From Nitrospirota bacterium (GTDB lineage: Bacteria; Nitrospirota; UBA9217): 64,000 nucleotides of DNA. Positions 30,622-39,874 of this stretch are shown here, in pieces. The translations under genes were made by a program, and so were the position numbers. The DNA is taken from NCBI GenBank assembly GCA_963751455.1, contig CAVVUN010000015.1:352001-416000 (forward strand). The letters are read 5' to 3'. The notes under the pieces were generated by a model, which worked only from the letters and a program-made list of their open reading frames with translations, did no database searches and was not told the origin of the DNA. How positions within the stretch are numbered: the first letter of the stretch is position 1; each line of letters begins with the position of its first letter.

Positions 30622-32247
30622 ATGAAAAACAGTAATTTTAATTTATTAATACTTGTGGCGTTCATAGTTTTCGGTTTAATGTCTCAAGGCTGTACACGCA
30701 ATAATGATCCAAAAAATAATGCAAATACCAATCCCTCGTTTGAGGTGCCTGCAGGTTTCATCAGTCATGTAGGAAAAGGACAACTCGTGATCGGGTGGCG
30801 GACTGTTTCTGATGCAACATCATACAACATATATTATTCTCAATCGTCAACAATTTCGAAAACAACCGGCACAAAAATCGCGAATGTTTCAATGCCTTAT
30901 ATTCATACCGGCCTCACAAACGGTACCACCTATTCCTATTTTGTGAGTGTAGTAAAAAGTAACGGTGCAACAGTAGAGTCAACATCGTTTTCGAGCATAC
31001 CATCTTCAACAGGCAATGTGCCTGATGCACCTCTCGCGACTTCTGTGCCCGGCAATGGGCAGATAACGCTGAGATGGAATAGTGGTTACAATTCCACGAC
31101 CTTCAATATCTATTGGTCGACAGCGCCTGGAGTCTCGAAAAATACGGGTATAAAAATTTCGCAGGTATCATCTCCTTATACCCATACTGGCCTTAATAAC
31201 GGAACTTCCTATTATTATGTTGTGACTGCCGTTAACAGTTACGGTGAGAGTGCGGATTCCGTTCAAGTGGCTGAATCTCCCTTTGCAACCGGAATTGCTC
31301 CTTCTTTACCAGCGGGGGTCATTGCGAATCCAGGGAGTAAAGAGAATGAGATTCGCTGGGATGCGACGGCGCGTGCAACTTCGTACAATGTTTATTGGTC
31401 AGCAGTTCCGGGTGTCAATACTGTGTCCGGTAATCGGGTATCTACTGCATTCCATTCATTTGCTCATCAAAACTTAACGGACGGAACAACTTACTATTAC
31501 AGAATTACGGCGGTAAATAATTATGGAGAAAGCAGCCCCTCAAGCGAAGTTTCAGCAACGCCGTACCAGGCTTCCTACGGTGTAATTCCGCAAATTCCCG
31601 TCTGTAATTGTGTCGGGTTTCCTCCATCCCCATGGGCGTATGGCGGAAGCACTGCACCCGAACCACCGGCTTGTCATGAGTGCAGAATGAAGATTAAATG
31701 GGGGGATTATTGCTCCCAAATTGAAGCATCGAAATGCTGGGTTGATAACAATTGCGTTTCCTTATACGGCGTCAGCGGTGGAGTTGACTATGCTCTATAT
31801 AACTGCGGGTTACTGCAGGGAATGATTCCCTGCCCCTCAGTAGGCGAATCTTTAATCTGCACTGTGACAAGTGGCAGCTTTCCGCCTGAACCAGATGGAT
31901 ACACGCCAGGTGCAACATTTCCTTATCAAGGCGATCTTAATTTGTATGCCACATTTAATCCGCCTTGCTTGGAGTTCAATATCGGCATAACGATTGATTC
32001 CAGCGGGAATATTTCTTCTCCCTATAACCCCACTTTTACCTTTATCGGAAATGTAAGCGACACGGGGGAAATTTCTTTTTCAATGTATTATGACGGGACT
32101 AATAAACAAAACACGTGGTTCGGCCAATTGACTGGTTCCGGCGATGATTTAGTCGGTAACGGAACTGTTATTTGGTACTGGACAGATTATGATAACAGCC
32201 CGAAAACATGTAGCGGAACATGGACTGGACTGGTTGAGAACTTCTGA
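30622..32247 (+). CDS. Lipoprotein with three FN3 domains and Cys-rich region
   Basis: Lipobox SQGC; SYNIYW..HTGL.NGT.YYYVVTAVN..GES repeats. Confidence 0.82.
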   Translation: MKNSNFNLLILVAFIVFGLMSQGCTRNNDPKNNANTNPSFEVPAGFISHVGKGQLVIGWRTVSDATSYNIYYSQSSTISKTTGTKIANVSMPYIHTGLTNGTTYSYFVSVVKSNGATVESTSFSSIPSSTGNVPDAPLATSVPGNGQITLRWNSGYNSTTFNIYWSTAPGVSKNTGIKISQVSSPYTHTGLNNGTSYYYVVTAVNSYGESADSVQVAESPFATGIAPSLPAGVIANPGSKENEIRWDATARATSYNVYWSAVPGVNTVSGNRVSTAFHSFAHQNLTDGTTYYYRITAVNNYGESSPSSEVSATPYQASYGVIPQIPVCNCVGFPPSPWAYGGSTAPEPPACHECRMKIKWGDYCSQIEASKCWVDNNCVSLYGVSGGVDYALYNCGLLQGMIPCPSVGESLICTVTSGSFPPEPDGYTPGATFPYQGDLNLYATFNPPCLEFNIGITIDSSGNISSPYNPTFTFIGNVSDTGEISFSMYYDGTNKQNTWFGQLTGSGDDLVGNGTVIWYWTDYDNSPKTCSGTWTGLVENF

Positions 32248-32248
32248 C

Positions 32249-32482
32249 GTGATCGAGAATTATTCCTTTATCGAAAACTATATCGTATCCATATGCCAGC
32301 GCGATGCCGAGGACAATCAAAAGCTAGCCGGATTTGTTGAGATCGTTGATAACGGCAAAACAAAGGTTTTTTCGAGTATCGAGGAACTTAATCAGATATT
32401 GAACCTGGGGAAAATTAGGCGCGAAGGCAATGCTGCGGATAAAAATCAAGCAAGAAGAATTCATGAAAGAACAGCATGTTAG
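32249..32482 (+). CDS. Small hypothetical protein, copy 2 (start uncertain, possibly decaying)
   Basis: Homologous to 30224..30406; GTG immediately after upstream stop. Confidence 0.6.
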   Translation: MIENYSFIENYIVSICQRDAEDNQKLAGFVEIVDNGKTKVFSSIEELNQILNLGKIRREGNAADKNQARRIHERTAC

Positions 32483-32572
32483 GTCGCGGATAAAATTGAA
32501 TTCACGCTGATGGTCCTGTTCGAGGTATAAACAAAATTCTCAGCGCGAATAATTGAAGGAGGATTTGTAATC

Positions 32573-32971
32573 ATGAAAAAATCAAGCTTGTTGTTATTTT
32601 TACCCCAGATTCTGATCTTAGTGGTTTTAGCGTGTGGTGATGATAAGAAAAACCAGACCGCAACAACGCCAACAGGTTCTCTAAAAGTGGTCAATCATTC
32701 CGGACGTGACATGTATTTCCTTCAAACACGAACTGTAGGCGAAACGAACTGGCGAAGCCATTTTATAAATGGAGGAACCTTTCCAAACAACTCTAGCGCA
32801 ACATGGGATTCTATACCCGTAGGGTCAAAAGATGTGAAAATAACATATAAAGATAATAGTGAGCAGCTACTTTCAAGTGTTGGCCATGCAAGGACAAGAA
32901 TCACAAGTCAACATCAAGGCTGGTTTCGCGTGAAACCGCAGAGCCGCAAAGAAAGACCAGCAGGGGGTTGA
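32573..32971 (+). CDS. Small lipoprotein (C-terminus possibly disrupted)
   Basis: RBS GGAGG, lipobox VLAC, GSLKVVNHSG beta-sandwich-like start. Confidence 0.6.
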   Translation: MKKSSLLLFLPQILILVVLACGDDKKNQTATTPTGSLKVVNHSGRDMYFLQTRTVGETNWRSHFINGGTFPNNSSATWDSIPVGSKDVKITYKDNSEQLLSSVGHARTRITSQHQGWFRVKPQSRKERPAGG

Positions 32972-33004
32972 TTGACCGAATATAAATAATCTGTATGGAG
33001 GAGC

Positions 33005-34825
33005 ATGATGAAAGCGTTCAATAAAATCAGTATGGCAATTTTTTGTTTTGCGTTCTTTTTTGCTTTGACCGGATGCAGCAGAAAGGACACGTCCAGTCCG
33101 GGGCCCGGTCCCGCCACATTGTTATCTGGAGTTGCTTCAAAGGGCCTGATCAGCGGGGCAACGATAACTGTCTATGCCCTTGATTCTTCCGGGACTCAGG
33201 GATCAGTGCTTGCAACAACAATTACAGACACCAATGGGGCATATTCAGTAAACCTCGGATCGTATACCGGCAATGTTTTGGTTGTCGCTTCAGGCGGCAG
33301 CTATATTGATGAAGCAACGGGCAGCACTGTCACAGGCGTGAATGTGCCGGTCTTGCGGACTGCGGTCCCGAATGTTTCGGCTACTGCCACTGCAGCAGTG
33401 ACACCCCTGACTGAAATCGCGGTCCGAAAAGCCGGAACATTGACATCGGAGAATATCGACGAAGCAAATGCGCTGGTTGCGAACATGATAGGGGGAATCG
33501 ATATCATCACGACAATGCCCGCGAATGTCCTTGTTTCGTCGCAAAGCACCACCACGGAAAAGAACTACGGCCTCATGCTTGCGGCGATTTCAGAGATGGT
33601 CTCCAGCGGAACGGCGACCACGGTGACTGCTGCAATAACATCCATTGTTACGGATCTTGCCGACAACCAGCTTAATACGACCGGCGCGTCGATCGAAACC
33701 GCGTTGAACAGTTTCCTTGGATCGGCAAATAACAACACCGAGCTGGATGCGGCTACCACAACGCTCGACGAAAGCATCAGCGATGCGACAATCTTCACCA
33801 TCGGTGACGGAACGGCACCCAGATATTCGCTCGCTGATCTTGACGGCATATGGTATTCGATCGGGCTCAAGACGCCGGTGAAGAATACCAATAACGCAGC
33901 AAACCTCGGGTACGATGTCGATCAGGTGATTATCAGCAGCGGTACGTTTACGTCCGCGACCATTTCTACGAGCGATGACAGCGGAACGTCTACGGCAGCG
34001 ATTTCTGTCGCCGGCGACGGACGTGTGTCGATTGAGGGGGAGACAGAACCGCATTATATTTACATGAACGCAAGCAAGGATGTGATGGTCGAATTATTTA
34101 CTGATCCTGCTACCGGAGAGCAGCAGATCTGGGCTGATGTCAAGAAGGCCTCGTCTTATACCGCAGCCGACCTTGACGGCACCTGGTATTCGATTGGGCT
34201 CAAGACGCCGGTGAAAAATACCAGCAACGCTGCCAATTTCGGGTACGATGTCGATCAGGTGATTATCAACAGCGGTACGTTTACGTCTACGACCATTTCT
34301 ACGAGCGATGACAGCGGAACGTCTACGGCAGCGATTTCTGTCGTCGGCGACGGACGTGTGTCGATTGAGGGGGAGACGGAACCGCATTATATTTACATGA
34401 ACGCAAGCAAGGATGTGATGATCGAATTATTTACCGATCCTGCTACCGGAGAACAGCAGATCTGGTTCGATGTCAAGAAGGCAGCATCCTATACTGCTGC
34501 CGACCTTGTCGGAACCTGGTATTCGATAGGACTGAAAACACCCGTGAAGAATACGAGCAGCTCTGCCAATTTCGGGTACGATGTGGACCAGGGCGTAATG
34601 AACAGCAGTGGCGCAATTACCTCGACCACAATTTCCACGAGCGATATCAGTTCGACCTCTACCGGTACGATATCAATCAGCAGCGATGGTCAGGTGTCCT
34701 TTGCAGGGGAGACGGAGCCGCATTTTATCTACATGAACGCAAGCAAGAACGTAATGATCGAATTATTTGCGAACCCGGTATCCGGCGAACAGCAGATCTG
34801 GATTGATATCAAGCAGGCGCAGTAA
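33005..34825 (+). CDS. Lipoprotein with N-terminal beta-sandwich domain and three 111-aa C-terminal repeats
   Basis: Lipobox LTGC; SGVASKGLISGA..TDTNGAY..VTPLT; repeats Y..ADL.G.WYSIGLKTPVKN. Confidence 0.82.
   Translation: MMKAFNKISMAIFCFAFFFALTGCSRKDTSSPGPGPATLLSGVASKGLISGATITVYALDSSGTQGSVLATTITDTNGAYSVNLGSYTGNVLVVASGGSYIDEATGSTVTGVNVPVLRTAVPNVSATATAAVTPLTEIAVRKAGTLTSENIDEANALVANMIGGIDIITTMPANVLVSSQSTTTEKNYGLMLAAISEMVSSGTATTVTAAITSIVTDLADNQLNTTGASIETALNSFLGSANNNTELDAATTTLDESISDATIFTIGDGTAPRYSLADLDGIWYSIGLKTPVKNTNNAANLGYDVDQVIISSGTFTSATISTSDDSGTSTAAISVAGDGRVSIEGETEPHYIYMNASKDVMVELFTDPATGEQQIWADVKKASSYTAADLDGTWYSIGLKTPVKNTSNAANFGYDVDQVIINSGTFTSTTISTSDDSGTSTAAISVVGDGRVSIEGETEPHYIYMNASKDVMIELFTDPATGEQQIWFDVKKAASYTAADLVGTWYSIGLKTPVKNTSSSANFGYDVDQGVMNSSGAITSTTISTSDISSTSTGTISISSDGQVSFAGETEPHFIYMNASKNVMIELFANPVSGEQQIWIDIKQAQ
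33824..34822 (+). repeat. Three intragenic tandem 333-bp repeats
   Basis: Units start at 33824, 34157, 34490. Confidence 0.9.
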
Positions 34826-35041
34826 CAGCTTCCGGGCTGACAAAGGGTATCGCAGAACTGCGGGATTCGTACACATTTTCGTGTTCCTACAGCAATGCCG
34901 GCGACGGGTTAACAGCCGACATAAGGTAGGTACCGCGAAAAAACACTTTCAGCAACTGCGGCAGTATCAAACAGGAAGTAACCAGCATGGCAGATATAAT
35001 TTAACCCTGGTTGCCGGGGAACGACAAAAGGAGGAAAGAAC

Positions 35042-36730
35042 GTGAAAAGGGTTGTTAACTGGCTCGTAGTTTTATGTCTCATGGTTATTGCAGCATGCGG
35101 AGGGAGCGATTCGTCAAGTTCGAAGGCTCCTGCAAAAACAATTTCAGGGACTGCTGCGGCAGGCGCGCCGATCATTGGTTCCGTAACCGTTAAAGACAGC
35201 TCAACGCCTGCAGAAACAAAAACAGTTACTATTGCGGCTGATGGTAATTATACAGTAGATGTCTCTGATATGACTGCTCCTTTTCTGTTTAGAGCTGATG
35301 GCGCGGTTGGCGGCAAAACCTATCATCTTTGCTCTGCGGCGACAGAGGCTGATGTGAACAATACCATCAACATAACCCCGCTCACAGACTTGATCGTCGC
35401 CAACATTGCCGGGACACTGGCAGAGAACTATTTTGACAGTGGGAATTTTTCCACGCTTACAGCAGAGCAGTTGAACACAGAGCAGGAAGCCTTGCAGGCG
35501 GTTCTCTTCCCTACTCTTCAGGCTCTGGGGCTGAGCAGTTCGATTGATTTGCTTCGTGAGTCATTCAGCGCGGATCATACCGGGCTTGACGCAGCTTTGG
35601 ATATCATCAAGGTTTCGGTAGATTCTTCCACAAAAGTGGCAACGCTGACAAATGTCATCACGCAACAGACAATAACCAATGACATTTCTACGGGAACAAC
35701 CGCAGGGACGCTCAACGATACGACCGGGGTAGCGACGGGACTTACCGCAATACAGGCAATAGCCGAAAATTTGAATACCTGGTCTCAATTATTTGCTGCC
35801 GGTCTGCCGAATGAGTTGAATACACAGTTGCTGGCTCTTTTTGACCCGGCGACCTTCCAGTTGGACGGTCAGGATTTGTCCTCCTTTCTTTCAGAAATGA
35901 CAACTGATCCGGAAAACCTGGGAATTTCCTTTGGCAATCTGGTTATCGAATCAATGAATGCGGCCCAAACCAGCGCAGGCATTTCATTCAAAGTAATGCA
36001 AAACGGATCAGTGGTCGATACTGTTACCGGCTGGTATTGTGTAAAGAAAAATGATGTCTGGCTTATTCAAGGCAATCTGCGTATTGCTGAAGTGAGTGTG
36101 GAATCGGCCTCGATTTACCACGTTAAAAATTCCTCTGTAGTCGCAACAGGAATAAGGTTCCGCGTTGCCGATTCAGGCGGCAAAGGCATTACAACAGCCG
36201 AAATATCAGGGCCGGGAATAGTCAGTTCAATTACCGCAACGAATAATATTGGCATGTATTATTTCGTGGTGCCGAACACATTTGACGGCATCATCTACGG
36301 CATGACGGACAACCAAATCGCGCAGATACCGACGACCGGAGCGGCATACACTTTCAAACTCTATAACGGGGCCACTCTGCTGGCTACGTATGCCGAAACA
36401 CTTTCCCATAAGCCTTATGCATCAACCGAGTTGACGGCAGTCGATTACATGACCATCACTGCTCCCACTGCCTCAGCATTATCTGTATTTATCAGTGGTA
36501 ATCTTACTGTGAGTTGGACTCTTCCAGGCGGGATGGAGTCCGATTGGATAACGCTCGGAATGTCCGATAATAGCGGGCATTTCAATTTCTATGAAACAGG
36601 CAACAACCCGACTGATACATCTGCAATGCTGACTGTTACACCCATACCATCGTTTACTACGACATCGCGATGGCTGTGGGTGAACGGTCGAGACAACAAT
36701 GAAGTTGTATTTTCCACGTTCCTTGACTAG
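35042..36730 (+). CDS. Lipoprotein of the same broad N-terminal class (SGTAAAGAPI...NITPLT)
   Basis: GTG start with RBS GGAGG, lipobox IAACGG. Confidence 0.8.
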   Translation: MKRVVNWLVVLCLMVIAACGGSDSSSSKAPAKTISGTAAAGAPIIGSVTVKDSSTPAETKTVTIAADGNYTVDVSDMTAPFLFRADGAVGGKTYHLCSAATEADVNNTINITPLTDLIVANIAGTLAENYFDSGNFSTLTAEQLNTEQEALQAVLFPTLQALGLSSSIDLLRESFSADHTGLDAALDIIKVSVDSSTKVATLTNVITQQTITNDISTGTTAGTLNDTTGVATGLTAIQAIAENLNTWSQLFAAGLPNELNTQLLALFDPATFQLDGQDLSSFLSEMTTDPENLGISFGNLVIESMNAAQTSAGISFKVMQNGSVVDTVTGWYCVKKNDVWLIQGNLRIAEVSVESASIYHVKNSSVVATGIRFRVADSGGKGITTAEISGPGIVSSITATNNIGMYYFVVPNTFDGIIYGMTDNQIAQIPTTGAAYTFKLYNGATLLATYAETLSHKPYASTELTAVDYMTITAPTASALSVFISGNLTVSWTLPGGMESDWITLGMSDNSGHFNFYETGNNPTDTSAMLTVTPIPSFTTTSRWLWVNGRDNNEVVFSTFLD

Positions 36731-36880
36731 GTGGCTTTTCTCGCTTGAAAGCAATATCTCATTTGCCTTGCCGCTAAAAAGGCAGGCGAACCGCGGACGG
36801 AGCCGCAACCAAAGGTACTTGTTATAGCTAGGGCCATAACAGTGAAAAAAAACTGAAAGTTTTGACCAATTTAAAAAATG

Positions 36881-36913
36881 AAAGAGGCAGGGATTTCCCC
36901 TGCCTCTTTTTTT
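36881..36913 (+). terminator. Rho-independent terminator
   Basis: AAAGAGGCAGGG-loop-CCCTGCCTCTTT + T-run. Confidence 0.8.
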
Positions 36914-36951
36914 GCTAGCCGTTTCTCGCCCAATCTGGTAGTTTATACATC

Positions 36952-38220
36952 ATGAAAAATCAACCCGCCCCCCGCAATCCCTGGGCATTCATTCCCACGC
37001 TCTACTTCGCCGAAGGCCTTCCGTACGTGCTGATCAATACCGTATCCGTTATCCTGTACAAGAGGATGGGGATAGACAACGCGCATATTGCGTTCTGGAC
37101 GAGCTGGCTCTACCTTCCCTGGGTGATCAAAATGTTCTGGGGGCCGCTGGTCGATGTTACCTTGACCAAGCGGCGCTGGATTCTCTCGACGCAGGCCGCC
37201 ATGAGCTTCAGCATGTTCGTAGTCGCGTTCTCGCTTCGGACCGAGCACTTTTTTTTCCTCTCGCTCGCGGCATTCTGCGCGGGCGCGTTTATTTCCGCTA
37301 CCTACGACATTGCGACCGACGGGTTCTACATGCTCGCGCTTACCGGGAAAGAACAGGCGCTGTTTGTCGGAATCCGGTCTGCATTCTACCGGCTGGCAAT
37401 GATATTCGGCTCCGGTTTTCTGGTGTATGTTGCCGGGATGCTTGAAACCTCGACCGCCAATGTTGCCGGAAGCTGGTCCACGATCATGACCGTATCGGGA
37501 CTGATTTTTGCTTCAGTTTTCGTGTATCACCGGTTCATACTGCCCTTTCCTTCATCCGACGTAGATAGGACAGAAGCGGGAACCACCGAGAAGGCATCTT
37601 TCGGAGAGGTCATTCGGTCTTACTTCAGGCAGGAAAAGGTGGGCGTAGTGCTCGCCTTCATTCTATTTTACCGCCTCGGCGAGGCCATGCTCCTCAAACT
37701 GGTGTCTCCGTTTTTACTGGACAAGGCGGCCGCAGGCGGATTGGGACTGACTACCCAGCAGGTCGGCCTTGTCTACGGAACCGTGGGCATGCTTTGCCTT
37801 GTTCTGGGCGGTGTGCTCGGCGGCTGGTTTATTTCCCGCTTCGGGTTCAGAAAGTGTGTCTGGCCCATGGTGATCGCGATGCACTTGCCGGACCTGTTCT
37901 TTGTTTATATGGCCTCTGTTCAACCCGGAATAGGCATGGTCTATCCGCTGGTAGCGCTCGAGCAGTTCGGATACGGCCTCGGGTTTACCGTTTTCACCGT
38001 TTACCTGATGTATTCGGCGCAGGGCAGGTATAAAACATCACACTACGCCATTTCGACCGGTATCATGGCACTCGGCATGATGCTGCCGGGCTTTATCAGC
38101 GGTTATCTGCAGCAGGCCGTCGGGTATCGCCTGTTCTTTATTATCGTCTGCTTCATGACGGTCCCCGGCATGCTGACTATCCCGTTTCTGCCGAAGGACA
38201 AAATCGAGAAGCGGGGATAG
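36952..38220 (+). CDS. ampG: AmpG-like MFS permease
   Basis: LYFAEGLP, LPWVIKMFWGPLVD, SATYDIATDG, FYRLGEAM; 12-TM MFS size. Confidence 0.75.
   Translation: MKNQPAPRNPWAFIPTLYFAEGLPYVLINTVSVILYKRMGIDNAHIAFWTSWLYLPWVIKMFWGPLVDVTLTKRRWILSTQAAMSFSMFVVAFSLRTEHFFFLSLAAFCAGAFISATYDIATDGFYMLALTGKEQALFVGIRSAFYRLAMIFGSGFLVYVAGMLETSTANVAGSWSTIMTVSGLIFASVFVYHRFILPFPSSDVDRTEAGTTEKASFGEVIRSYFRQEKVGVVLAFILFYRLGEAMLLKLVSPFLLDKAAAGGLGLTTQQVGLVYGTVGMLCLVLGGVLGGWFISRFGFRKCVWPMVIAMHLPDLFFVYMASVQPGIGMVYPLVALEQFGYGLGFTVFTVYLMYSAQGRYKTSHYAISTGIMALGMMLPGFISGYLQQAVGYRLFFIIVCFMTVPGMLTIPFLPKDKIEKRG
36994..37560 (+). repeat. ~570 bp direct repeat, copy 2
   Basis: Matches 21821..22387. Confidence 0.92.
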
Positions 38221-38263
38221 CCAAGCGCAGTTTTTTACACGTCGCGCAGCGGTTGCTGAAAAT

Positions 38264-38290
38264 AAAAACGGCGGCCTATATGGCCGCCGT
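38264..38290 (-). terminator. Terminator between convergent genes
   Basis: ACGGCGGCC-TATAT-GGCCGCCGT with A-run on left (U-tract on minus strand). Confidence 0.7.
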
Positions 38291-38322
38291 ACGAGAGAAC
38301 AAGAACCGTATGAACAATTTCG

Positions 38323-38568
38323 CTACTCTTTGCCGAACCAGGAAAGAATAAATCCGACAATCACTCCCAGAAGTGTGCCGATCGTTTCCCGTCCCAGTAC
38401 GTTATATAAGCCCAGGATCAGAAGAAGAGGCAGAATGAACACAATTGAAATGAATTGTATGGTTTTGATCCCAATCGTCGCATTCTGCTTAATAACAAGA
38501 TAAAATATACCGCCTAATCCGCCTGCCATAATAAGTGCAGCAATCAATGCCACCCATATCTGCGTCAT
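38323..38568 (-). CDS. Small membrane protein (3 TM)
   Basis: Hydrophobic 81 aa ORF with own consensus promoter and terminator. Confidence 0.75.
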   Translation of the reverse strand: MTQIWVALIAALIMAGGLGGIFYLVIKQNATIGIKTIQFISIVFILPLLLILGLYNVLGRETIGTLLGVIVGFILSWFGKE

Positions 38569-38624
38569 GTTTTCCCCCCAGCGTTAAAATTTGATCGACC
38601 GGAAACCGGTTTTAAAATCTAGAT

Positions 38625-38653
38625 ATTATAGGAAATGGCACCGCTTTTGTCAA
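38625..38653 (-). promoter_or_regulatory. Perfect consensus sigma70 promoter
   Basis: TTGACA-N17-TATAAT on minus strand upstream of 38568. Confidence 0.8.
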
Positions 38654-38882
38654 AGAGATAAAATGAATTCCGGACGCGCTGAGCGAGTCAGAAAACGCGT
38701 ATTCGGGACGCAAACATTTTCTGGAAACTTTTGATTAAAGCATGTACAATGAAGTCGCTTTCCGCGCCCTACGATTACAAGCGCTGTTCGGCTCACAGGG
38801 AGCTGCATTCACGCCGTAGATTTACTGGTATAATTAGAAACAAAAGGAGCATGCAATCGACGAAGTTCTGTATTCATTCGGG

Positions 38883-39782
38883 TTGATTATCGCCGCAGGG
38901 TACGTTTGGCGGTTTTTCAATCCCGGCGGTGTCGATCGTCATGCTCTCCGCCATGCCCTGAGCGTGACCGTTCTTCATTTTTTCCTGCCTGCTCTGGCCT
39001 TTGGCCTGCTGGCGTCCGCGCGGATTGACAAAAGCTTTTTCGCCATTCCTTTAACAGCGGGATTGGTAACGATTGTAGGCCTGGCAGCGGCCTATGCAGC
39101 CTACCGGCTGCTGCCAGGGTTCAGAAAGACCGATCGCCGCTCATTTGGCGTCGTGGTGCTCGTTGCTGCATTCGGCAACGTGACCTACCTGGGTCTTCCG
39201 GTAATCAGTGAAATGCTCGGAACGCAGCTCGGCTACGTTGCCATCCTGTATGACTTGCTTGCGACGACCCCGCTGCTGCTGACGGTCGGCGTCTTCATTG
39301 CAGCCCGGTACGGCAGCGGTAAATCCGTATCTTTCGCCGCCTCGTTCAAGCGGGTGCTGAGTCTTCCCCCGCTCTGGGGTGTCGCACTGGGCATGGCCGT
39401 GCAGATCGCGGGGATCACGGTCCCGGCGATTATTCTGAATACCGCTTCGCTCATGGGCAAGGCGGTAATCCCGATTATGACTTTTACGGTCGGGCTCGCT
39501 CTCGATTTTCGCGATATCCGGCGGCTTTCGATTGCCGTGCCGGCTCTTGCGCTTAAGCTGCTGGCTGCACCGCTTCTCGCATGGTGGATAGGGACCCGTC
39601 TCGGCGTGACTGGCAATCTTCTCAGGGGCGTCACGATCGAAGGGGCGATGCCGGTGATGGTGCTTTCCCTTGTCATTGCAGACGAATTCGAGCTTGACGT
39701 GCCGCTGGCCGCGATGTGCATTGCGGTTTCCACCATCGCGCTGTTCTTCACAATGCCGGCGGTGATGAAGATTATCTTTTAG
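38883..39782 (+). CDS. AEC (auxin efflux carrier) family transporter
   Basis: FGNVTYLGLP, AMPV motifs; true start probably slightly upstream. Confidence 0.85.
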   Translation: MIIAAGYVWRFFNPGGVDRHALRHALSVTVLHFFLPALAFGLLASARIDKSFFAIPLTAGLVTIVGLAAAYAAYRLLPGFRKTDRRSFGVVVLVAAFGNVTYLGLPVISEMLGTQLGYVAILYDLLATTPLLLTVGVFIAARYGSGKSVSFAASFKRVLSLPPLWGVALGMAVQIAGITVPAIILNTASLMGKAVIPIMTFTVGLALDFRDIRRLSIAVPALALKLLAAPLLAWWIGTRLGVTGNLLRGVTIEGAMPVMVLSLVIADEFELDVPLAAMCIAVSTIALFFTMPAVMKIIF

Positions 39783-39862
39783 CATAGCATAGGGCATAGC
39801 GCATAGCGTAGAGAATAAGGCAATGATTCTAAACCCTTGCGCCATGCGCTATGCTCTATGCT
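39781..39862. repeat. Inverted 7-mer repeat array (GCATAGN ... NCTATGC)
   Basis: Same family as 9556-9643. Confidence 0.75.
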
Positions 39863-39874
39863 GGAGGTTGTTAT

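Noticed and set aside
33824-34822. Possible DGR template/variable repeat pair (an Avd-like four-helix gene exists in the window)
   Set aside because: Repeats are in-frame tandem domains, mismatches are not adenine-specific, and no reverse transcriptase is present
34826-35041. Riboswitch (c-di-GMP) in lipoprotein leader
   Set aside because: Small hairpins only; GEMM consensus not recognisable by eye; an Rfam scan would be needed
38636-38651. Sigma54 promoter TGGCACCGCTTTTGTC
   Set aside because: -12 has GT instead of GC, and the site is explained by the opposite-strand sigma70 promoter
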